A stretch of 64,000 nt of DNA from Acidimicrobiaceae bacterium (GTDB lineage Bacteria; Actinomycetota; Acidimicrobiia; Acidimicrobiales; Ilumatobacteraceae), in contig CANNMD010000001.1 of assembly GCA_947505655.1 (NCBI GenBank), forward strand, positions 6,048-70,047. Direction: 5' to 3'. The notes under the pieces are model-generated. The model did not search any database and was not told the DNA's origin. It saw only the letters and a program-made list of their open reading frames with translations. The stretch's first letter is position 1. Every line of letters begins with the position of its first letter. The translations under genes and the position numbers were made by a program. This document shows, one piece after another, positions 19,168 through 28,314 of the stretch.

Positions 19168-19908
19168 CTACAGCAGTGGCGCACCCAGTTCGCTGCGGTA
19201 GGCGTCGATCATCCGATCGACCCAGTCGCTGTGCACTCCATCGATGCCCATTCGCAGAATTGGGCGCAACACGTGGTCGTACTGCAGGTCCCACGCGATA
19301 GCGCACAGATCGAACCGATGAAACAGTGAGACGAGGCCGCCGTTCCAATCGGTGTGATGCATGTTCATTGCGTGAATACCCTCATTCGAGAGCGACGCGG
19401 CACGGCGCTCAGGGCCCTCTTTGATACGTGTTAAGCGTGTGGAGTCGACCAACTTGGCGCCATCAAGTTGCGATCGCAAGGGAAGCAGCGTCTGCCATAC
19501 CGGATGGCAAAGCCACAGCCGGGGGAGTAACTGCGGGGCTGCCTCGCGCACCACGTTGAGTACAGGCAACCCGCTGTTGTCGCCCTTGAGGTCGAGCGAG
19601 AGGTGAAACTCTGAGCCGCACTGCTCGAACAGCTCGGCGAGCGTGGGGATGAACGATGGCAGCTGTGCTCGCCGCATCTCGGTGATTCGACGCTTGCTCA
19701 GCCGATGTCGCACGTATCCGTCGTGGTCAAGCACCGGCACGCCGTCGGCGGTAACCCACACGTCGCTTTCGAGACCGGTGGCCCCAAGTTTGAGACCAAT
19801 CGTGAACGCCTCGATGGTGTTTTCGGGAGCGTGCGCCTTGCCGCCGCGGTGCGCGAACGCAATCGGATGTTCGAGCAATGAGGGCAGGCGCTGTTGCATC
19901 GCAAACAT
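19168..19908 (-). CDS. glycerophosphodiester phosphodiesterase family protein
   Basis: Contains HRGGKAHAPENTIEAF and GLESDVWVTADGVPVLDHD (GDPD motifs). Confidence 0.8.
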   Translation of the reverse strand: MFAMQQRLPSLLEHPIAFAHRGGKAHAPENTIEAFTIGLKLGATGLESDVWVTADGVPVLDHDGYVRHRLSKRRITEMRRAQLPSFIPTLAELFEQCGSEFHLSLDLKGDNSGLPVLNVVREAAPQLLPRLWLCHPVWQTLLPLRSQLDGAKLVDSTRLTRIKEGPERRAASLSNEGIHAMNMHHTDWNGGLVSLFHRFDLCAIAWDLQYDHVLRPILRMGIDGVHSDWVDRMIDAYRSELGAPLL

Positions 19909-19999
19909 TGTGACAGTTGTTTGCAGTGCACGAAACTTCGAACGGATTCACTCCGCGAGAGACTTCGTGGTTGCGTGAACTAGCCCTAGACTCCAACCC

Positions 20000-20458
20000 G
20001 TGTTCAACCTGTCGGGCAGCGAACTAATTTTCCTCGTGCTCATCGCCCTCGTGGTACTCGGCCCCGACAAACTGCCCGAAGCAATCCGCAAGGCCACCAA
20101 GGCCTACAACGATTTCAAGAAGATGGCTGGCGGCTTCCAAGAAGAAATGCGCACCGTGCTCGAAGAACCGATGCGCGAGATGCGCGAAACCGCCGACCTC
20201 GTCAAGAGCTCGGCCATGTTCGACCCTCAGGCCGATGTAAAGCCCACCGCTGCCAAGCCAGCGGCGACTCCGGTGGTTGCGTCTGAAACGGCCACGCCTG
20301 AACCAGCTCCTGTCGTAGAGGTCCCGTCTGCGCCCGTACGAACACCGTCGTTCGATATCTCCAACTACGTCGGCGAGACCGATGCGTCGTATGTGGCCCC
20401 CGAGCCAGTTGCGGCCGCCGTCGAAGCCGTCGAAGCCGACGAGGCAACGCCCGCATGA
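20000..20458 (+). CDS. tatB: twin-arginine translocase subunit, TatB-like
   Basis: MFNLSGSELIFLVLIALVVLGPDKLP matches the TatB N-terminus (Glu8, GPxxLP). It has a long Ala/Pro-rich tail. Sits upstream of tatC with a stop/start overlap. Confidence 0.7.
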   Translation: MFNLSGSELIFLVLIALVVLGPDKLPEAIRKATKAYNDFKKMAGGFQEEMRTVLEEPMREMRETADLVKSSAMFDPQADVKPTAAKPAATPVVASETATPEPAPVVEVPSAPVRTPSFDISNYVGETDASYVAPEPVAAAVEAVEADEATPA

Positions 20459-21306
20459 AGCTTCCCTTTACGTCCGCAAGCCTGCCTGCGCTCAAGGGCC
20501 CCGAAGATCGCATGACCCTGCGCGACCACCTTGCCGAGCTTCGGGTTCGCATCGTGCGCAGCATGCTGGCAGTCACCCTCGGCGTGATCTTCATGCTCGC
20601 GTTCTATGACCCGGTGCTTCGTTTCCTCGTGAAGCCATACAAAGACTTATGCGCTTCCAAACCAAATCTGCAGTGCAACGGCCAACTCTTTGGCCTCGGA
20701 CCACTCGATGGGTTCTCGACCCGCATTTCAGTATCGATGTACGGCGGCTTGCTGCTGGCTTTTCCCGTGGTGTTGTGGCAGATCTGGCGCTTTGTGGTTC
20801 CAGCACTGCATGCCAAAGAAAAGAAGTACGCCATTCCGTTCATCAGCTCGACCATTGGGCTGTTCGTACTTGGCGGCTACATCGCCTATTGGACCCTCGA
20901 TAAGGCGCTTGAGTTTCTGATCTCGTGGTCGGGTTCCGGCGTTGGCCAAATCTTCCAAATCGAGAAATACATCAGCCTTGTAGGGCTGATGGTGTTCGCG
21001 TTTGGCATCGGCTTCGAATTTCCGGTGCTGCTCGTGTTCCTGCAAATTGCTGGCGTCTTGACCCCACAAACGCTGCTCAAGGGTTGGCGCTTCGCGATCA
21101 TGGCCATCTTCGCAATCGCTGCGATCATCACTCCTTCTGGTGACCCCATCTCGATGCTTGCATTGGCAGTGCCGATGAGCATCTTTTATCTCATCTCAAT
21201 CGTGATTGGGCTCATCATGCAGCGCCGCAAGCGCAAGCGGGCCCTCAACGCCACCGATGACGACGACGACGATCACGACACCGCAGGGGCTGCGGCGTCC
21301 GCCTAA
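20455..21306 (+). CDS. tatC: twin-arginine translocase subunit TatC
   Basis: Six hydrophobic segments. Contains HLAELRVRIV. Poly-Asp tail. Confidence 0.9.
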   Translation: MKLPFTSASLPALKGPEDRMTLRDHLAELRVRIVRSMLAVTLGVIFMLAFYDPVLRFLVKPYKDLCASKPNLQCNGQLFGLGPLDGFSTRISVSMYGGLLLAFPVVLWQIWRFVVPALHAKEKKYAIPFISSTIGLFVLGGYIAYWTLDKALEFLISWSGSGVGQIFQIEKYISLVGLMVFAFGIGFEFPVLLVFLQIAGVLTPQTLLKGWRFAIMAIFAIAAIITPSGDPISMLALAVPMSIFYLISIVIGLIMQRRKRKRALNATDDDDDDHDTAGAAASA

Positions 21307-21336
21307 ACAACCGCCCGACGCGCCACACTGGTAGCC

Positions 21337-24009
21337 GTGCGTGCCGACCGGGCCGAATTGATTGCCCACTACACATTTCCGCTCGATCGTTTCCAGCTCC
21401 AAGCAATGGACGCGCTCGACGACGGCCAATCAGTTCTCGTCGCCGCGCCCACTGGCTCGGGAAAAACAGTGGTGGCCGAGTACGGCATCGAGACCGCAAT
21501 TCGCGCGGGCAAGCGAGCGTTCTACACCGCACCCATCAAGGCGCTGTCGAATCAGAAGTTCCACGATCTCGTCGGCATCTACGGCGCTGAGCGCGTAGGA
21601 CTACTCACCGGCGACAACACGATCAACGGTGACGCAGCGATCGTGGTGATGACCACCGAAGTGTTACGCAACATGATCTACGGCCGCTCGGGCGCGCTTG
21701 ATGACCTTGCCGTCGTGGTGCTCGATGAGGTGCACTTCTTGCAAGACACCTATCGAGGCCCAGTATGGGAAGAAGTCATCATCCATCTTCCCGAGCGGGT
21801 GCAGTTGGTTTGCTTGTCGGCCACGGTGAGCAATGCCACCGAGCTCACCGACTGGATCAGCACCGTTCGCGGCCCCACCACAGCCGTGCTTGAAGACACC
21901 CGGCCGGTACAACTCGAGAACCTGTTTATGGTTGGCGATCGCAGCAGCGAGAAGATTCACCTGCTGCCCACGCTGGTCAACGACCGACCCAACGCGGTGG
22001 CCATGCGGCTCACCGAAGAGGGCACGAACCAGTGGAAAGGTGGTCGCAGCCGAGGCGGCGGCCATGGCACGCGCCGGTTGTATCCACCCTCTCGCGTCGA
22101 GGTCGTTGATCGACTCGAGCGCGAGCAAATGTTGCCGGCTATCTATTTCATCTTCAGTCGCAACCAATGCGACGAAGCCGCCAAGACCTGCCTTGCTGCT
22201 GGCATTCGGCTCACCACCGGCGAACAACGCGACCGCATCCACGAAATCGCCGAAGCGCGTCTCGCTGGCATCGAAGCCGACGACCTCGCTGTGCTGGGCT
22301 ACTCACAGTTTCTGGCCCAGCTCGAGGCGGGCATCGCAGCGCACCATGCCGGCATGGTGCCACCCTTCAAAGAGGTGGTCGAGGCGTGTTTTAGCGAGGG
22401 ACTCATCAAGATCGTCTTCGCCACCGAAACGCTTGCCGTTGGCATCAACATGCCAGCTCGCACAGTGGTGATCGACAAGCTCACCAAGTTCACCGGCGAG
22501 CATCACGCCACCCTCACTGCGGGCGAGTACACCCAACTCACCGGACGTGCCGGGCGCCGCGGTATCGACGAATACGGTCAGGCAATCGTGCTGTGGACCC
22601 CGTTTACGCCGTTCGAGCAAATCGCTGGCATTGCGGCGAGCCGCTGGTTCCACCTCAACTCGGCCTTCCGCCCCACGTACAACATGGCGGCCAATTTGGT
22701 ACGCACGTATTCAAGCGAGCAGGCGCATCACCTGTTGAATCTGTCGTTCGCCCAGTACCAAGCCGACGGCGATGTGGTGCGACTCGAAACCAAACTCTCG
22801 CGACGTCAGGCACAGCTGGCCGAACTGAGCGAGCAGGCCACCAGCCCGTTCGGCGACATCGAGGACTACCGAAGGCAACTGCGCGAGGCCAACACGCCTG
22901 TGGCCTATGCGCCCGGACGCGACGACCCCATCGATCTCGCGATCATGAAGCTTCGTCCTGGCGATGTGGTCTACATCAACAAGGGTAAGTACGCCGGGCG
23001 CGCAGCGGTTATCTCAACCGCAAACCGCAAAGGCGGCACACGCCTCAGCGTGATCACTTCGCGCCACGATCTGCTGATGCTGTCGGGCGCCGACTTCGAG
23101 AGTCCACCCGCAGTGCTTGGCAGCATCGACATGCCCGCCGACTTTGCGCCGCACCGCAACGATTTCCAACGCGAGGTCGCTGCTCGACTCGACAAGGCCA
23201 AGCTCAAGGCGCAACCGCACGGTCGCCGCATTCCAGTGGTTTCGCTCGATGGGTATCACCCTGTTGAGGACGATCCCGATTTGAAGGCCCGCCTCAAGGC
23301 CGCAGCGCAAGCCGAACGCGTGGCGCGCGATGTCGAAGAGATTCATGCGCGCGTCAAGGGTCGCGGACAATCGATTGCGCGCGACTTCGACCGAGTGCTT
23401 GGCATTCTTTCGGCCTGGGGCTACATCGACGGCTGGAAGCTCACCGATGCGGGCCAGATGCTGGCGCGCACGTTTCACGAGAGCGATTTGCTCATCGTTG
23501 AAACACTTCGTCAGGGTCTACTCGACGATCTCGATCCGGCCACGCTCGCCGGACTCGTGTCAGTGTTCGTATACGAACACCGAAGTTCTGAAGAGCCGCC
23601 GTTGGCCTGGTTCCCGAACTCATCAGTGCGCAAGCGCTGGCTACAAATAGCGTCGCTGAGTTCTGATCTTCGCGAGATCGAAGAAGAAGACGGCCTCATT
23701 ATGCATCGTCCTCCCGACGCTACGTTCTTGGCGATTGCGTTCGCTTGGGCTGCGGGCGAGGGTTTCGCCGAAGTAGTAGAGGCCGAAGAATTGTCGGGCG
23801 GCGACTTCGTTCGCACCATCAAGCAACTGATTGACCTACTGCGCCAACTCGCAATCGTGGCTCCCGTAGCGGCCACGCGACGCAGCGCTGAGAAGGCGGC
23901 CGAGGCGTTGTTCCGCGGCGTTGTTGCAGCATCGAGTGCCGTAGAAATCGAGACCGATCTTCCGACCGTGGCGCCGAGCGAGGTCGTGTCCGAGGTCGTG
24001 CCCGAATGA
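21337..24009 (+). CDS. helY: Ski2-like DEAD/DEAH-box RNA helicase
   Basis: Motif I APTGSGKT, motif II LDEVH, SAT, and QLTGRAGRRG. C-terminal DSHCT-like region. Position after tatC as in mycobacteria. Confidence 0.85.
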   Translation: MRADRAELIAHYTFPLDRFQLQAMDALDDGQSVLVAAPTGSGKTVVAEYGIETAIRAGKRAFYTAPIKALSNQKFHDLVGIYGAERVGLLTGDNTINGDAAIVVMTTEVLRNMIYGRSGALDDLAVVVLDEVHFLQDTYRGPVWEEVIIHLPERVQLVCLSATVSNATELTDWISTVRGPTTAVLEDTRPVQLENLFMVGDRSSEKIHLLPTLVNDRPNAVAMRLTEEGTNQWKGGRSRGGGHGTRRLYPPSRVEVVDRLEREQMLPAIYFIFSRNQCDEAAKTCLAAGIRLTTGEQRDRIHEIAEARLAGIEADDLAVLGYSQFLAQLEAGIAAHHAGMVPPFKEVVEACFSEGLIKIVFATETLAVGINMPARTVVIDKLTKFTGEHHATLTAGEYTQLTGRAGRRGIDEYGQAIVLWTPFTPFEQIAGIAASRWFHLNSAFRPTYNMAANLVRTYSSEQAHHLLNLSFAQYQADGDVVRLETKLSRRQAQLAELSEQATSPFGDIEDYRRQLREANTPVAYAPGRDDPIDLAIMKLRPGDVVYINKGKYAGRAAVISTANRKGGTRLSVITSRHDLLMLSGADFESPPAVLGSIDMPADFAPHRNDFQREVAARLDKAKLKAQPHGRRIPVVSLDGYHPVEDDPDLKARLKAAAQAERVARDVEEIHARVKGRGQSIARDFDRVLGILSAWGYIDGWKLTDAGQMLARTFHESDLLIVETLRQGLLDDLDPATLAGLVSVFVYEHRSSEEPPLAWFPNSSVRKRWLQIASLSSDLREIEEEDGLIMHRPPDATFLAIAFAWAAGEGFAEVVEAEELSGGDFVRTIKQLIDLLRQLAIVAPVAATRRSAEKAAEALFRGVVAASSAVEIETDLPTVAPSEVVSEVVPE

Positions 24010-24629
24010 CCATCCGCAAGGGCCACGAATGGGGTTCGCTTGCAGTCGCCTCCGCAGCGATGCTCACCGTGTCATCGAATGCAGAGTTACGCGCCGTGGT
24101 TGAAGCTGCGCGCAAGAACGGCAGCGCTATCGCCACGGTAGGTCTGCTTGGCGGCGACTTGATGCGCACGCTTGGCGGCAGCGCGCAGCCGTCCCGATTC
24201 ACGTCGGGCGAGGCTGTGCCGCATCTGCCGATCGACCTTGTTCATGTTGTTGCCGATGAGTCTCGCGAGGGGTGGTTCGCCGCCCACCTTGTGGCACGAC
24301 ACACGTGGTGGCACGGACAAATCGTGGCGGCAATGAATGCTCAATTCATCAACAGCTGGGACGTCGCCCCACGATGCCATCCCAACGACGGGCTCGTCGA
24401 TCTTGTGACAGCAAGCTCATCGATGAACCTCCAGCAGCGTTGGTTGGCGCGATCGCGTATTCCACTCGGCACCCACGTTCCGCATCCAATGATCACGACG
24501 CGTCAATTGGCAAGCGTCTCGCTCGACCTGCCAGGCAAGACACCTGTATGGCTCGATGGTCAGCGGTGGGGGAGCGCTCGGCATGTGCAGATCACCGTCG
24601 AACCCGACGCCTTCGTCGCCGTGGTCTGA
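24006..24629 (+). CDS. hypothetical protein, translationally coupled to helY
   Basis: 207 aa, with an ATGA overlap with the helY stop. Faint similarity to the C-terminal part of DAG-kinase/NAD-kinase-like proteins (NAQF...HPNDGLVDLV). Function not assigned. Confidence 0.5.
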   Translation: MTIRKGHEWGSLAVASAAMLTVSSNAELRAVVEAARKNGSAIATVGLLGGDLMRTLGGSAQPSRFTSGEAVPHLPIDLVHVVADESREGWFAAHLVARHTWWHGQIVAAMNAQFINSWDVAPRCHPNDGLVDLVTASSSMNLQQRWLARSRIPLGTHVPHPMITTRQLASVSLDLPGKTPVWLDGQRWGSARHVQITVEPDAFVAVV

Positions 24630-24653
24630 TATCGCTTCGACTACGGTCGAACG

Positions 24654-24812
24654 ATGGGTAGCTATCAGGAGTTCGCTGAGGTGACTCAGCCCGTGGCCGC
24701 GGGTCTGCCGGTCACCGTAGACACCACGTACGATCTCGCCAACTACGAAAGCGCGCTGCATCGACTCGAGGCAGGCGACCAACTCGGCAAGATCGTGCTA
24801 CATCATCGCTAA
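24654..24812 (+). pseudogene. possible C-terminal remnant of an MDR-type (zinc-ADH/quinone oxidoreductase) gene
   Basis: 52-codon ORF MGSYQEFAEVTQPVAAGLPVTVDTTYDLANYESALHRLEAGDQLGKIVLHHR. The ending (L..AL..L..G...GKIVL) is typical of MDR C-termini. No catalytic or Rossmann part lies upstream. Confidence 0.35.
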
Positions 24813-24822
24813 GGAGCCATGA

Positions 24823-26025
24823 ATGAACAATGACATCGAGAGCCTGAAGGACGCTGTTTGTGCCGAGGTCGATCGCCTGGCCCCACAACTGCTCAAGGCC
24901 AGCCACGACATTCATGCCCACCCCGAACTCAACTTCGAAGAGCATTACGCGCACGACTTGCTCGCCGACCTGCTCGAGCAGGCTGGCTTGCCCACTCAGC
25001 GCCATGCGTATGGCGCTGAAACGGCTTTCGAGGCGCGCGCCGGCGACACTGGCTTCGATATTGCGGTGCTGTGCGAGTACGACGCACTACCCACCATCGG
25101 CCACGCCTGCGGCCACAACATCATCGCCACCGCAGGGCTGGGCGCCGGACTCGCCGCAGCCACAGTCGCTCAACGCGCGGGCGGTCGGCTGCGCATCATG
25201 GGCACGCCAGCCGAAGAAGGCGGAGGCGGCAAAATTGTCATGGCCCGCAACGGCGCGTTCGATGGCGTCGACGCCGCAATGATGGTGCATCCCGCCGATG
25301 CCGATCTGATTCGCATGGACACCATTGCGTTGCAAACGGTCGACATCGAGTTCCACGGCAAAGCTGCCCACGCCGCTGCCGCTCCGCACGAAGGCCGCAA
25401 CGCTCTCGATGCTGCGGTGCTCGGCTACATGAACGTGGCCGCACTGCGCCAGCACATCGGGCCCAACGAGCGCATTCATGGCATCTTCACCAAGGGCGGC
25501 GACAAGGCCAACATCGTGCCTGCCGAGACCGAGATGAACTGGATTGTTCGCTCACAGACCATTGCCTCGTTGCAGCCGCTCAAGCAACGAGTCCTGCAAT
25601 GTTTCGGGGGAGCAGCGGCCGCATGTGGTTGCACGACCTCGAGCACATGGAACACCCACACCTACGCCGACATGATCGACAATGGCCCAATGGTGGCGTC
25701 ATACGTGGCCAACTCGAGTCGCCTCGGCCGCTCGGTTGTCGACCCCACGGTTCTTGGCCGGCGCGTTGTTGGTTCTACCGACATGGGCAATGTGAGCTAC
25801 CTCGTTCCCTCGATTCACCCAATGATCAAAACCGCTCCCGACGGTGTGGCGATTCACACCGTCGACTTTGCGCGCTGGGCAATCAGCCCACTTGCGAATC
25901 GAGCAATCATCGACGGAGCCAAAGCAATGGCAATGACCGTGATCGACCTGTGGTGCGATGCAGATCTGATGAACAGCACCAAAGAAGCCTTTAGCCGCCG
26001 ACCTACAAACGTCGAAGTTCTCTAA
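24823..26025 (+). CDS. M20D-family amidohydrolase/peptidase
   Basis: Contains HAHPELNFEE, CEYDALPTIGHACGHNII and GTPAEEGGGGK. An aaggag RBS lies upstream. Confidence 0.85.
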   Translation: MNNDIESLKDAVCAEVDRLAPQLLKASHDIHAHPELNFEEHYAHDLLADLLEQAGLPTQRHAYGAETAFEARAGDTGFDIAVLCEYDALPTIGHACGHNIIATAGLGAGLAAATVAQRAGGRLRIMGTPAEEGGGGKIVMARNGAFDGVDAAMMVHPADADLIRMDTIALQTVDIEFHGKAAHAAAAPHEGRNALDAAVLGYMNVAALRQHIGPNERIHGIFTKGGDKANIVPAETEMNWIVRSQTIASLQPLKQRVLQCFGGAAAACGCTTSSTWNTHTYADMIDNGPMVASYVANSSRLGRSVVDPTVLGRRVVGSTDMGNVSYLVPSIHPMIKTAPDGVAIHTVDFARWAISPLANRAIIDGAKAMAMTVIDLWCDADLMNSTKEAFSRRPTNVEVL

Positions 26026-26080
26026 GTCCTGCTCAGGGCTGGCGCGCAATACCGTTTCTGGAGGTGCCACCCCCGTAGAG

Positions 26081-27691
26081 TTGACACTCGTGACGGTCTA
26101 CGTCCCCGAAGAATTCTCTAGTGACGAAAGCGACGTACTCCGTCGCTACTTCTCCAACCTCGACGGTCCAGTCTTCGCGCTCGTGAACCTGCCCGAAGTG
26201 GTGAAGGGCGCGTTGTTCGCTCGTTACAGCCGTAGCCCCAAGAGCCTGCGGCGGTTGTTTCTCGACGAGTTCGTGGGCGACCTCGACATCAGCGGCGATC
26301 AATCCGTCGATGCAACTGTTGGCCTCGAGCGCGCCGAAGAGCTCTACGAAAAAGTCTTCTTCGAGTACGGCGACGACTCAGTCGCTCAGCTTGGCGGCGT
26401 TCACCTTGCGTGCGAACAGGCGTCAAACATCTTGACCAAGGTGCTCGAGTGGGGCCGGCTGATGAGCTACCTCGAGCAGAGCACTCGCTACATCGCGTAC
26501 GACTCTCGTCTCGGCGGCCGCTACCGGTTCTACCGAGACCCAGCGGTGCTCAACAGCCCGTTTGGCACCCGCTACGTGGGCGACATGGACCGCATGTTCG
26601 ACTCGTACAGCCTGCTCATCAACAAGGTCACCGAGCATGTTCGCGCCACGGTGCCACGCGGTCCCGACGACAGCGACTTTATCTATCGCCAGGCCACACG
26701 CGCCAAGGGCCTCGATGCGGTGCGCGGTGTGCTGCCTGCGGCGTCGCTCAGCAACGTGGGCATCTACGGCACCGGCCAGGCGTTTGAGATGCTGCTGCTG
26801 CGGATGAAGTCGCATCCGCTGCCCGAGGCTCAGCATTACGCCGAACTCATGTTGCACGAACTGCGCAAGGTCATCCCCAGCTTCCTGCGCCGAGTCGATC
26901 TTCCCGATCGCGGTGGTCGCTGGAGCGAATACATGATCAGCACTCGCGACCGTACAGCCGAGCTTGTCGATGGCATCTTCGGTGGTACGCCAGTAGAGCC
27001 AGCTGCCTCCGTCGAGTTGCTCGACTGGGATCCTGAAGCTGAAGACAAGCTGCTCGCAGCCATCTGCTACCCGCACACCAACCTGCCCGAGTCGCAGATT
27101 CTTGAGCGAGTAAAGAAGCTCGGCGCAGACGAACGAATCGCTCTTGTACGCGCCTACGTGGGCGAGCGCGAGAACCGCCGCCATCGCCCGGGCCGCGCCT
27201 TCGAACGCATCGACTACCGCTTCGACGTGGTCAGCGATTACGGCGCCTTTCGAGATCTGCAGCGCCATCGCATGCTCACCATCGATTGGCAGCCGCTCAC
27301 GCCAAACCACGGCTACGTGCGTCCCGATCTTGTCGATGGCGCGGGCATGACCGAAGTGTTCGACGATGCAATGTCACGCTCCGCTGCGCTGTACGACGCG
27401 CTCCGCCACGATTTTCCAAACCAGGCCAGTTACGCAGTCTCGATGGCCTACAGAATTCGCTACTCGATGCAGTTCAACGCCCGCGAGGCAATGCACATGC
27501 TCGAACTTCGCTCATCTCCACAAGGCCACCCGGCATACCGCCGAGTGGCACTCGAGATGCACCGACTCATCGCCGAAAAGGCCGGGCACTACGCCGTGGC
27601 CGAGGCAATGTCGCACATGACGCAAGAGGTTCCAGAACTGGAACGCCTCGAGTCAGAGCGTCGTGCCGAGAAGCGTCGCCAACAGACCTAG
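26081..27691 (+). CDS. long-form FAD-dependent thymidylate synthase (ThyX)-like protein
   Basis: 536 aa. ThyX-like N-terminal motif VVKGALFARYSRS. An RHR motif (FRDLQRHRMLT) lies in the C-terminal third. Contains ELRSSPQGHPAYR. Confidence 0.7.
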   Translation: MTLVTVYVPEEFSSDESDVLRRYFSNLDGPVFALVNLPEVVKGALFARYSRSPKSLRRLFLDEFVGDLDISGDQSVDATVGLERAEELYEKVFFEYGDDSVAQLGGVHLACEQASNILTKVLEWGRLMSYLEQSTRYIAYDSRLGGRYRFYRDPAVLNSPFGTRYVGDMDRMFDSYSLLINKVTEHVRATVPRGPDDSDFIYRQATRAKGLDAVRGVLPAASLSNVGIYGTGQAFEMLLLRMKSHPLPEAQHYAELMLHELRKVIPSFLRRVDLPDRGGRWSEYMISTRDRTAELVDGIFGGTPVEPAASVELLDWDPEAEDKLLAAICYPHTNLPESQILERVKKLGADERIALVRAYVGERENRRHRPGRAFERIDYRFDVVSDYGAFRDLQRHRMLTIDWQPLTPNHGYVRPDLVDGAGMTEVFDDAMSRSAALYDALRHDFPNQASYAVSMAYRIRYSMQFNAREAMHMLELRSSPQGHPAYRRVALEMHRLIAEKAGHYAVAEAMSHMTQEVPELERLESERRAEKRRQQT

Positions 27692-27821
27692 ACTGCCGAA
27701 AATTGGTGGTTCCCAGAGACTTTTGGCATTTGTGACCGGAGTCACTGAGGCTGTGTGAGAAGACCAGTAAACAACGCACGTATGCTCGCCGCCCGCGCGG
27801 GGGTTTCAATGAGGAGACAAT

Positions 27822-28307
27822 ATGGCTGACGATGACGACACGATTGACCCAGAAGACGAAATCGTAGAACCCGAGACCGAAGAGACCGACGACGTAGACC
27901 CAGACGAGCTCAGCGAAGAAGAGCTCGACGGCGACGATGAGTTCGCAGTTATCGACGACGAGTTCACCGACGAGGCCGACGCCGACGAAGACGATGACGA
28001 CACCGATGGGCCCGTTCGCCGCACCGTGTCCACCGACGACGACGATGACGACGACATGATCGCCCCCGACGATGTCGAAGCCGACCTTGACACCATTCTC
28101 AAAGACCGCCTCGTCGCTACCGACGACGGCGACGAAGACGACGAAGGCGAGCCCGAAGATCGCTCTGAGTCGGCCGATCGTTTGCAGCCGAAGCGCTCCG
28201 ACGAGCGTCTGTGCCCAAGTTGTTTCTTGCTCGTTCGCAATGGTGCCCCGAATTGCCCAATCGGCGACGACGACTGCCCATTGCTCACCAAGCCAAAGAA
28301 GAAGTAG
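27822..28307 (+). CDS. DUF4193-like protein with hyper-acidic N-terminal region and C-terminal 4-Cys motif
   Basis: 161 aa. The first ~125 aa are dominated by D/E runs. The C-terminus is CPSCFLLVRNGAPNCPIGDDDCP followed by KPKKK. Confidence 0.75.
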   Translation: MADDDDTIDPEDEIVEPETEETDDVDPDELSEEELDGDDEFAVIDDEFTDEADADEDDDDTDGPVRRTVSTDDDDDDDMIAPDDVEADLDTILKDRLVATDDGDEDDEGEPEDRSESADRLQPKRSDERLCPSCFLLVRNGAPNCPIGDDDCPLLTKPKKK

Positions 28308-28314
28308 CCACCTG

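Noticed and set aside
25071-25994. 307-aa Arg-rich ORF
   Set aside because: It is an alternative frame of the M20 amidohydrolase gene. Its composition (R/H/P/C) is non-protein-like.
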